Below are positions 9,385 to 20,104 of a stretch of DNA of 44,633 bases, one piece after another. The stretch lies in assembly GCA_002256025.1 (NCBI GenBank), contig NKIB01014337.1, positions 1 to 44,633 on the forward strand. Direction: 5' to 3'. The notes under the pieces were generated by a model. That model was not told the origin of the DNA and did not search any database. It saw only the letters and a program-made list of their open reading frames with translations. This stretch comes from Asterionella formosa. Lineage: Eukaryota. Each line of letters starts with the position of its first letter. The stretch's first letter is position 1. A program made the translations under genes and the position numbers.

Positions 9385-12300
9385 ATGACCTCTCAATCAG
9401 CTCCCTTACAATGTATTCCCCTTTTCGAGTACAGCAAGTCAGAGTACACCGACGAAAATGTACTGCAGCGCTTGTTCACTGCTTCGACAAATCCTGATGT
9501 GAAATCTGTGGACGCTGAAATCGAGACTTTACTAGTGAAAGGTCCTGCTGGGGCGAGACACGTCGTAATAAAAGGATCAAATACTGTTCATCTCTCCCTA
9601 CAGTTGATGAATAGTGATTTCGCTGACAAACTGGACCATGTGCGAGATTCATTGCTGTGCTGGACTTCGTTCGCGTCTCAACCAGATATCAAGCTTCTTT
9701 GTGTACTAACCACCCCCACTTTGGTATGTATCTTTGATATTTATGGGCAAGATTCCATTGCTGGTGGCGAAGGGCATCATATTTTCCTTCCTTGTGAGGC
9801 TAGATCCATCTTCTCCCTTCCAACTGGAGGATTTCTGATTCAGAGAAAAGGAACTCCCGAAGATACTATTGCTGACGAGGAGTTCATGTTGCAAGACCAT
9901 CCCACACTGGAAAGTGCCCCGATTACTTCACTTTTTTCCGTAGAAGATGCACTGGATCCTGCTTTGCCGGTCACGATCAGTGAAAATCATTGTGTTGACG
10001 TTATGGAAAAAATCCTTTGGGTCGGCGAAGCTCGTTGGCTTTCAAGCAATGTAATTGAGACTATATGCGTGAGCTACCATGCCCAATTGGAACGACATGC
10101 ATTATGGTCCATCCAATCTGCTCCTACCCCACCTTCTACTCGGCCTCTTTGGGAGTTGTCGGCAAATAGTCGGGTTGAAGTGGTGACTGATACAGCGCTT
10201 CTAGAAGATAGGGAAGATCCAATGTATTCGCCACACGTGACGAGAAATGAAGCACTTGCAGACGCGCTTGGAGTGGCCAGACGAAGTCGACCAGTTTTGT
10301 CCCAGGAAGGAATAGATATTCCATCAAATCCGTTGCATCCATCAATGTGTTTGCACCTTATTTACGAAACACCAAGGAAGCAATCAGAAGCAGAAAAAAC
10401 CTTTTTGGTGACCTCACTTGATGGAAACTTACCTATTTTGTGCATGTTTGGAAATGACGAACTCCACCTATATACACTGGGCATTTCAGAGCGCTCGGCT
10501 GTGTTTGTCAGTGGTATCACTTTTCTCCCATGTCTCTCTGCTGAACCCATTAATTCATTTCCACTCCCAACTGGCAAACTCGCAACTGATATTCTTGTGG
10601 TGACAATGGATAGACAACTAGAGCTGTTTTTTGGAAACTTGTCCGTTGCATCTTGCTCTTTGTTTCAAAAACAGAGAATAATATCTGTGGAACGCTCCGT
10701 TGGTAATCGAGCAGACGGCGTCGATGAACATGGTAACGCACTTCGATTCAGTCTATTGGGTCACTTCGACTCAAACACACTTTCAGAGAAAGTTTTGGTT
10801 GCGATTGAGACGGCGTTCTCGTCTGTTGGACAACTCGAAATCGCTCGTAGAATACGAGTAGATTGTCTGCGAATCGCGACAAAGCTGAATCTTTCAGATG
10901 ATGCTGGATGGGAAGTGGTTTCAAGAATTCTTGCACTTCTTTCTGCAACGAATATGACTACACAAGCAGTTGCCTCTTCATTTGAATTTTATGTGCCACA
11001 TGCTAATGATGAACAGTCGTTATGGGAACGAGTGAGGAACTCAGACTTTCATGCAAACTATAGCAGGCACTATGAGGTCCTGGTCTCTGCCAATGACGAC
11101 GATACACTGACATCAAGGGTGTGCACCTTTGATTTGGATCTTTCTATTTTTAAGCTGGCAAAGGTCTCAAAGGTCTCAAAAACAATAAATCCATCGATCG
11201 GAAAACTCATCTTCGATACCATGCATCTTCTTTACGAAGAATCTGTTCTGTACAATTCTTTGAAATGGCAAAGAAGCATTGGAGAATTTCTCATTTCATT
11301 TTGTCTCGTAGTACATGATAAAGCGACTATGTCTCAGTTTTTAAATCACTATTACGACGATTTGGGTCCAAGTTTTTCAAGTGCTGTCCGGCCAAATCCC
11401 TTTTTTCCTCCAGAAGAAGTGATTTTCCGAACGGACATGACTACATTTACTGAGCCTCCTTGTTTATGTTCCTCGATTGAGCAGCTTATCAAACATGGGT
11501 TGAGTGGGTTGCACCTTGATCCTTTCTTCTGCGAAAAGCCGGCCGACATTCTCGTGAGCGACGCTTTCGAAAAGTTTCGGGTCGTGCGAGGAGCGTTTTC
11601 TGCTCTTTTCAACAGATCTGTAGATTACAATAAACGCGTGACGCAGACTGTGAAGGTGCTTGTCCAGGAAGGTTTCCGCGATTTCCGTTCCTTGGTTGAC
11701 CACTTCCCTGTTTGGATTTCATTGCCGCTTGTTGAAGCCTTGTTTTATTGTAGACGCGTTCCGGACGTTTTGATTCAATCAAGTGGTTCTTCGCAACTAC
11801 CAGTATGGCGTTTGATAGGTCGAGAAGATGTGAAGCAGCAAGTTAGCACTGGGAAAATGGAAAATAAAGGCAACAGCGCTTCTACTTGTCAATGTTCAAT
11901 CAATCAAGCGATTGACGAGGATCATGATGGAATCGAAGCAATAGAGCATGAGTTTCAAATGTTGTTTCCTCACGACAATCGCCTACATGAAGTAGGAAAA
12001 CTACTTCGATCCTCTCGACCAACGTTGCTGAAAATTCATCGGGCCATCGAAGTCTCAGACCATGAATTTGAGCGAATGAAACAAGAAAGGCTTTTAATCC
12101 TTTGTCGCAGAGTTCAGGCGTTGCCACTTGGACGGGGAATGTTCACCCTTGGAACTTTGGAACCAATCCCATCAGAGCCACTCCAAGTACCGAAGCTGTG
12201 TCTTTCCGGAAAGGTACCTCCAAATAATGCAACGTTGGTCCTCGACACAGAAGTCCTCACTTGCCCAAAGAATATGACAGTTTGGCCCGAATTTCATAAT

Positions 12301-13154
12301 GGAGTTGCAGCAGGTTTGCGACTACCCCTTGCATGGAATGATGGCGTTGGGAAAGCGCCACTGATCAGCAGGGCCTGGGTCGTGTCAAACCGCGATGCAG
12401 CCAGGTATACTCAGCCACAAAGAACTCAATCGAACAGTCAATCCAGCAACGAAGGCAGAGAAGCAGATAAACAGCCGATACATGCTCACGGGGGGCTGTT
12501 AATGGCACTTGGTCTTCGGGGGCACCTGTCTGCTCTCTCTATGACAGACATCTATGAGTATCTTACACAAGGCTCCGTGACCACTTCCGTTGGAATTTTA
12601 CTAGGCATGGCAGCAACAAAACGAGGTTCTTGCGATCCGGCTGTATCTAAAATGCTTTGTCTCCATATTCCGTCGCTTCTTCCTGCGTCATTTGCATCAA
12701 TTGACGTATCAGGTCCTGCCCATACTGCTGCCGTCACTGGTATCGGGTTACTCTATCAAGGATCGGCACACCGTTTAATGACTGAGTTCCTTCTCAACGA
12801 GATGGGAAGACGTCCAAGCCATGATGCAAATACTTCGGACCGAGAAGCTTACGCGTTGTCATGTGGACTTGCCCTTGGAATGGTCAATCTAGCTCGTGAT
12901 GATGCCAACGAGACTCTTGGTGGGGGAAATGCCGGGCTGGCCGATCTTGACATTGAGTTGCGATTAGCCCGATATGTCTTGGGAGGAATAAATGTCATAG
13001 GCGAGAAGCACCGACATGATGCCTTTGACGGGAATATTCCATTTAGCAATGACGGAGAAAGAAGTTCTCGGATTCACGAAGGGGACACTATCAACAACGA
13101 TGTAACGGCACCGGGAGCAACCCTTGCATTGGGCTTAATGTATTTGAAGAGCGG
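9385..13154 (+). CDS. APC1: Anaphase-promoting complex subunit 1, exon 1
   Basis: APC1 motifs FPHDNRLHEVGKLLRSS, ALPLGRGMFT, WPEFHNGVAAGL, HGGLLMALGLRGHL, REAYALSCGLALG and TAPGATLALGLMYLKSG. Likely ATG at 9385 (CACCATGA); alternative ATG at 9292. Confidence 0.95.
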
Positions 13155-13217
13155 GTAAGGTCGTGATTTACTCATTTTGTTCAATTTACCGTTGTCCTAA
13201 TCTTTTTTCTTTTTCAG
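13155..13217 (+). other. 63-nt GT-AG intron of APC1
   Basis: GTAAG donor, CTAAT branch site, pyrimidine tract and CAG. Splicing restores KSG-NNAVASSLALPDTHFLLEYVRPDFL. Confidence 0.95.
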
Positions 13218-14673
13218 GAATAATGCAGTTGCATCCAGCCTCGCCCTTCCAGACACTCATTTTCTTTTGGAGTATGTTCGCCCTGACTTTTTGATGTTGA
13301 GGGTCATAGCCCGATCAATGATATTATGGGATGAGGTTGAACCAACTATTGAATGGATAAACCAGCAGATTCCATCTGCGATCAGAGAATCCTTTAAGCA
13401 ACTGAACGAGGTTGCGTTAAAGGAAAGTGGGATTGTCGCCGTTGGACCAGACACTGACATGGCTGATGAAAGGACAAGGTCTGACCATGTAGTATTTCTA
13501 GAGCCAGACATTGACAAGAATGCTGTTCGGCAAATCCATGCTTTTGTCACAGCCGGAGCCTGTTTTGGGATTGGGCTTCGATTTGCTGGAACTGGACATC
13601 AGGCTGCAGCAAATGCAATTATTGACGTTATTTTGGCTTTCACTGCTCTTCGTGATGGAAGAAACCCTGCAACAATTGCGCTTCGGCCTGAGCTCTCTAT
13701 TTTAGAGATGTGCCTTGGCCTCTGTGCAATATCAGTGTCTCTTGTGATGGCAGGAACTGGCGATCTTGACACCTTTCGGCACCTGAAAATCCTTCGATGG
13801 AAGTGTAATGAAGATGTCAAGTATGGTAACCACATGAGTTACAATGCTTCAATCGGATTGCTCTTCCTTGGTGGAGGGAAACAGACAGTGGGTCAATGCA
13901 ATGGCGACATAGCTGCTCTCGTTGTAGCATTCTTTCCACGCTTCCCTGCAAAGACATCAGATAATCATTATCATTTACAAGCACTTCGACACTTTTATGC
14001 TTTGGCAGCCAAAGAAAAAATCATACAAACAATTGATATTGATACTGGACGTAGCGTTTCTGTACCTATTTTGGTTCAATACAGGGATTCGACGGCCTTG
14101 AAAAGTATGGACACTCCCTGCCTACTCCTTAACTCCAACGAAACAGTTTCACAAATCCGTGTTATGTCAAATTACTACTATTCTTCACATATTGATTTCG
14201 ACAATGAGACGAGACGAGGAACAACGATATTTGTGAAGAAGCAATTTGAGGGGTTCGTCCCGAGAAACCCAACAGTACAATTTTCTTCTGTGCTTGTTCA
14301 AAATTTTGTGAGGGAGGAGTCAAATAAGTTTGGTTCTCATTCTATTATTAAGTGGTTTCGTCAACACCTTGGGGATGATCAGGCGTTAGCACATGAGACC
14401 ACTGAGAAAATTATGGTTTATGCCGAGCTGATACGTTGCCTGCAGTCAAATTCATTATCACCAAGAGCACTATGGGGCTTTCGGCTCGTCAAAGCATATT
14501 ATGCAAGCAACAATCAAAGTGACAGTTTGATAAATCATCATGAATTTGCCAGATTGATTGAGAAACTTGAAGGAAAACTGAAGGAAACACAGAAGATCGA
14601 ACTCTTGAGTCTTTCTGCTTGGTTTGAATCAGGGAACAAAGTGTATTGCTGTGATCCAGCAGTTGAGTTGTAG
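13218..14673 (+). CDS. APC1: Anaphase-promoting complex subunit 1, exon 2 (spliced protein ~1741 aa)
   Basis: Motifs EYVRPDFLMLR, GACFGIGLRFAGT, VMAGTGDL, YGNHM...IGLLFLGGG and DNHYHLQALRHFY. Confidence 0.95.
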
Positions 14674-15454
14674 AAAAAATATATGAAGGAATTCTTTTCA
14701 TTTTTCTGAACAAAATACTTTGTATCATTCTAGAGAGCAGGTCCCCAGTCCCTTAACAATACAATAAATTGTGCCATTTCTGACCTAGCAACTTTTGTGA
14801 TGAAATGTAGTTGTATTTCCAGGAAATAGTTTGCCAGAATCTTGAGGATTGCCCATACTGGGTCTTACCTCCTTAAGCCTGTAACCAGCAGGACAGATAG
14901 AGGGGTGTATAGTGAACTATGGAGTTGACTATTATTAGAGGAGTAACACAGATATGGTATGGGGAACTAGGACTCCATGGGGACGAACTCAGGCTCTTGT
15001 TCTCATTCCACCTTGAGTGTCAAAATTCTGTACCTGCAGGTGAGTTAGAAAAGGAAATGAGACAACACTTTCCATTGTTTTGATATATCCTTTGCATCCT
15101 CTGTCATGATATTCACAAAATTAGATCATCTAATACTTAACTAGCATGTTGCTGCACATGGCCTTTGATTCAATCACAAGTGCATGCAACAGGTTGACCG
15201 GTATAATCAAACTTCCCACAATGGCATTGTTCACCAGCTTCTCAGACAGAGTTAATTTTGCTGCCTCAACTGTCATGATGATGAACTTCAGCTGTTTTCT
15301 GCCACCAATATAGCCAACAATTATAATATCAAATGAACAGCTAACAGTTGTCCCTCTGCAATCCATTCCTGAAATCACACATGACTTGCTTCTCTCTCAA
15401 TTGTTTTGAATTTGACTTTAACCCATGAACCAAGAAATATTAATAGGTATTTCA

Positions 15455-15674
15455 GGGGAATAGATTAGTTGGTTAGCTCACCTGCCTTCCGAGGTGACAG
15501 GTTTGATTCCCGCATTCTCCAACTGCTTTGTTTATGTAGTCCCTTGGGTTCCGGGTGGTGAGGCAGACAAAAAGCGGGTCTAAGGCCCTCTGGGGGGCCA
15601 AGTGCGACTTCACAACCTCCACAATTGTCTAGTTCTTTAACAATAGCATACTATAAAATTTACTTAATAATTTT
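15455..15674 (+). mobile_element. Full-length tRNA-derived SINE, family 1 (220 bp), with 17-bp TSD
   Basis: A box (TAGATTAGTTGG) and B box (GGTTTGATTCC), AT-rich tail. Flanked by TATTAATAGGTATTTCA (15438-15454) and TATCAACAGGTATTTCA (15675-15691). Confidence 0.88.
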
Positions 15675-15707
15675 TATCAACAGGTATTTCAAGATAATCA
15701 TTTCTAC

Positions 15708-17619
15708 AGCAATTCCCACTCCAGCTATCGTCTTGCCATTCGGGTACTTTTAAGTAATTTTTAGGCTCTAAGTAATTTCTTAAGTAATTTTTATTTAAGG
15801 GCAATATTGGGCACATCGAATTTTTCGGCAATAAAATTGCCGATTTTAGCATGACAACCAGAATAACGGTAATATGCATAGAGATGGTACAACAAGCGTA
15901 AAACACACAAGAATGATTGTAACATGCAACATCAATGAAAATTGAACATGATGTTTGGAGCAACCAAAGTATGAAATGCGATGTAATAAGTAGCATCAAA
16001 TGAGAAATAGAAAAAATTGTTTTGGGTTAGAAATGAAATAAAAAATAAGAGAGTCCCAATGGAGACGTATGCATTGTGACATTGTAGTACTTACACAGGC
16101 AATTGAATTTCCATCACCACACAATCGAAGACCGAAAGAAGAGGAAAAAAGCTCAACCCAATGTTGACCTGCATCGTTATGTAGTGTAGATGGTCTGGTT
16201 GCTGCAACCATACACATCGCTGTAGGAGCCTGACACCAGTAGCAGTATTTCCGCCACAGTCATTCCTCTCCGCCCACCAAACAAGCAACCCTGATCATTC
16301 CATTCTGAGCAAGCGTGATCGCCACGCTGTTCCAGCACTATTGACTCTCTCTAGCTGAGTATTCATGTAGCTTCTGATACAAACTTGTAGTAGTAGAAAT
16401 GTAGCAAAGCGCGTTAGTACAAGAAAAGCATTGCTTGGCGGCAATATTGACATCCTTGTCAACGACTATACAAATCAACAAATATGATCAACAACGGCAC
16501 AATACCACATCTTCAATGAGTAGTCATTGATAAATGCATTGGTTCTTATGTAGATATATGCAATCGAAACAAAACGACAGTGCGTAATGACAAACAACGA
16601 TGGAAGCGATCAAAACAAAGCACGGAAGCAATCAAATCGGAAAGTCGGCCCGTTAAATACGATCTACAATCCACATTCAGTATTTCACTGTTGTACTCAC
16701 CGATGCGCTTTAACTAGCATAACAAGCAGCAGATGATGGGATCAAAGAAAGACGAACGTTGCCTATTGCAAGCCCGAATAGAGCAAATGCAGGCAAGATA
16801 GAGTGAGAACTATATTTGTGAGGACGAAATCGGGCATATGGTACGTAATATCAATGAATATGTGAACGATATAATTCAACATTTCAGGTCTCGTAAAAAT
16901 AATACCGAGTCTACAGAGATAATATTATTACGTGTTCAAAGTAAGCATTAAAGTATAGCTTAAACCATGCATGGTTGTTTTAGTACCACGTACGTATGTA
17001 GACTAGATGACTGCTGGTACCGGTAGAATATCCGTTAAACATCATCACATACATGACCGGAGCAAAAACTTGCCACCAACATCAGATGTATCGATATCAT
17101 CGTTCGTCCGACGAAAAATGGACAATGCGACTACATGAATGCCTCGAGAAGACAAGCAATCCAACAATCAACCGCATCCGTTAGGCAAAGAATCGCTACT
17201 GGCGTCATTGCGGAACTGATTTCGCTTCAAACCGGTCATGATGGACGACGATTGGCATGGTGAAAGGTGAATTGCCGGAGTCCACTTGTCAGGAGACGAA
17301 CGAAAACGAGGTGAATTCTAGATATAAATTATCAAAATCTGGTTAGTATATAAAATGGTTTCCTTAAGTAGACCCCTTGCCGATTTCGGCAATCCCAGGA
17401 CTGGAAAACCGAGGGGCAATTGGAGTCTGTTGTCTTGCCAAAATACGAACATATGTAATAACCAAAATATATTTTAATGATGGGCAATATTGGACCTTTG
17501 GCAATTTTCGAGGTGAAGATAGGAAATATACAAAATATATTTTATATGATGGGCAATAGTAGGCTAAAATTGACACTAGGTAAGCGAATGACACGACGAT
17601 AGCTAGAGCGGGAATTGCC
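15708..17619. mobile_element. Non-autonomous TIR element (1.9 kb)
   Basis: Left end GCAATTCCCACTCCAGCTATCGTCTTGCCATTCG versus right end (reverse complement) GCAATTCCCGCTCTAGCTATCGTCGTGTCATTCG; weaker similarity extends to ~55 bp. Possible imperfect 5-bp TSD TCTAC/TCAAC. Confidence 0.8.
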
Positions 17620-17802
17620 TCAACAATAGTACCCTTCTTGGCGGCTACTTGCTTTCAGTATCACCTGTGATGGTCTTACAGTATTTATGTTACTTAGGTC
17701 ATGACCATTTCCCAAACTTGCTGGTGCTACTCATTGTGGACTAGCAAGGTCTACTCAAGTGTTTCTAGTATAGGGGTACACACTAAATTTAACAATACAT
17801 TG

Positions 17803-18195
17803 AGAAATGGCTGACTGCAGTTGGTTAGCATGTTGCTTTTGATCTGATGTTATGAGGTTCTATTCCCGCAATTTTTTGAGAAGCAATTGTTGGGTTCGAC
17901 TCCCACACTCCTTACCATCCCACACCGTCTTGCCTGGTGTGCAAAAAATAGTGGGTTACCTCCCTTCAAGCAGCTTGTGCCGCCTTCCTAGGCGTTCGGA
18001 GTTTCCCCTAATGCTGCGGCTACGACAATCATCTTTTGTGAAGGCGGTTGGTTGGGAGACTCACCTACGCTAACAAAACTAGGGATAAACAGGTCTTGTT
18101 AGCAGGCAGCACAATGAACACTTGCCTTGAAAAAGGGGCATAGGAATGGGCTATAAAACAGATTATCATTTTAAATTTGACTAAGCATATACTGG
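17803..18195 (+). mobile_element. Putative tRNA-headed SINE, family 2
   Basis: A-box-like CAGTTGGTTAGC and two B-box/T-arm motifs (GGTTCTATTCCCGC; TGGGTTCGACTCCCA at 17891-17905). The body 17953-18195 recurs inverted at 21909-22135. Confidence 0.55.
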
Positions 18196-18588
18196 CTGCG
18201 CTGCTAGACTATACTTACTTCTTAGATTGTTAACATCAGTTAATCTCTCAGGGCGAAAACATTTTTTTCAATTTCCAGCGACTGAAGTGCCAAGCAGCTT
18301 ATTTTTAGGAAGGATTACATAGAAAACACAACATATTTCTAAATGAGTGTTGGCTTACTAGAAAAAATCCATTTTTATGAGTTATATAGACGTGAGTATA
18401 GACTCTTACTTGCAAATCGAATTATGTGGATCTAAATCAGGTAATCAAAACTAATTGAGCATACATATAGTCAATGTGTGTATGCACATATTGCCAAATG
18501 ATGTTTAATATTGGCCAGCCACTCAAATATTTGCAGGAAACCAAATAAAACATGTCAAAAATAAAATGGTAATTAAATGTTCAAAGTA

Positions 18589-18775
18589 TGTTAAAGCTAA
18601 CCAATAATAGCACTTGTGCCCACTTGAATGGACATAATTAGTACTGGTTTTATTTGTCCATATGGAAAAACGGGACTTGTCTCTTCATCAACCTTGGACC
18701 TGGAACCCTGGTAGGGACTACATAAGAGAAAAACACGTGGAGAATATAGGAATCCAACCCGCCATCTCACTTTCA
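18589..18775 (-). mobile_element. Degenerate SINE family 1, variant-body subfamily
   Basis: Shares the T arm and ATTCTCCAC...TATGTAGTCCCT...GGTTC with family 1; its body matches 19868-19985. Confidence 0.65.
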
Positions 18776-19689
18776 TAATTATAGCATAATAGAATAACTG
18801 TCATTCCATACATTTTCTATGGCTGTCACATTTACATGGACCATACAGCCAGATATTTAATGGTTCTAAATATTTGGAATCGAATGCTCGCCCATCTTGC
18901 CCAGCAGGTATGGCACAATAACAGGGGAAGAACTTGAAATTCAAAAAAGTGTGTTTCCCGAACCTTCCAGGTAGATGGTTGCATGCCATACCTTCAGTTT
19001 CTTTGTTTCTGTAGACTGGGAAGTTAAGGACAGTACCAGCAAGTACGTGCACATACTTGGCACAGAGCGATCAACAGCAGGAGGTGTGTGCGTCATCCCT
19101 AAAAACTCGATATTCTTGCTGGGTGTTGAATTGGAAATCCAAGCGTTTTGTTGAATCACAATTGCCATTTAACTGCTGAAATGGACATCATCACTGTCTC
19201 CCCATCAGGTACAGCGATCAGGCTACCCCATTATTAGGCCCTGAATCGCAAAACCCTTACTACCCAAACAGTTTTGTAACCCTTTTTTCTTGCCACTTTG
19301 TCATCTTGTTTGGCAGCTCACCTCAACAGCTCCTGTTTCTTTCCTACCCACTGCAGCGGCCTTCCACACTCATTTCAAGCCCTTTTTACCTCCGGCACAC
19401 ATTCTCCACACCTTCCTGAAAGGTCCGGTAGTAGTGCACGTTTCGACGCACTCCCAATGATTTGTCCCATGCCTACCGGAAGGGTTCGGCTGGCTTTCCA
19501 TTCCAAACTCTCTAAAGTAACTTTCTATGCCGTTAAATCATCTTTCATTTAATCCAAGACATCTTATGATCATTGAAATCATGTTCAACTACTTCTACAT
19601 GTGATAGTATTCAGGAACTGGAAGATGGATTAATTATAGAGTTTACAAATCGCTCCTCAGCAAGAACTTCTAGCTGTATTCAAAATTCG

Positions 19690-19850
19690 TTGTCAGCAAT
19701 TTCTAGTCATTATCAGCAAATTCTAGTCGCTGTCAGAAAATTTCTAGTCATATTATGTACAGGAATCAACAACTGGATCAGTAACTACTCGTAAACAAAA
19801 GAGTCATTTTGAATATATCAATGGACTTTTAATTGATATTGTTAAATAGA
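19690..19850. repeat. Fragment of the 20-bp-repeat element family
   Basis: Three TGTCAGCAAATTCTAGTC units (reverse complement of the 27431 array), followed by ~80 bp shared with 4484-4560. Confidence 0.75.
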
Positions 19851-19867
19851 TAATGAAACCGAATTTG

Positions 19868-20074
19868 TGTTAAAGCTATCCAATAATCGCACCCATGCCC
19901 ACTTCAATGGAAACAATTAGTACAGGTTTTATTCGTCTGCAAGATACAATGGGACCTTTCTCTTTATCAGAATCAGCCCCAGAACCCAAGGGACTACATA
20001 AAATAAAGACAGGTGGAGAATGCAGTAATCGAACCCGCCTCCTCATGAGGTTTGCTAACCAATTAAGCCATTAC
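19868..20074 (-). mobile_element. SINE family 1, variant-body subfamily
   Basis: Minus strand TGGCTTAATTGGTTAGC...GCGGGTTCGATTACTGCATTCTCCACCT...TATGTAGTCCCTTGGGTTC; body shared with 18589-18700. Confidence 0.75.
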
Positions 20075-20104
20075 ATTACCATAGTGCATGCCAAAACGAT
20101 AGGT

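Noticed and set aside
9108..9386. Divergent 92-aa ORF, and the GTG start at 9193 for APC1
   Set aside because: The open frames are explained by the GC-rich hairpin. The eukaryotic start is more plausibly the ATG at 9385.
13267..14673. Separate gene starting at TTG 13267
   Set aside because: It is exon 2 of APC1, joined by the 13155-13217 intron.
18800..19550. Possible minus-strand coding remnant
   Set aside because: Many stops and no recognisable motif.
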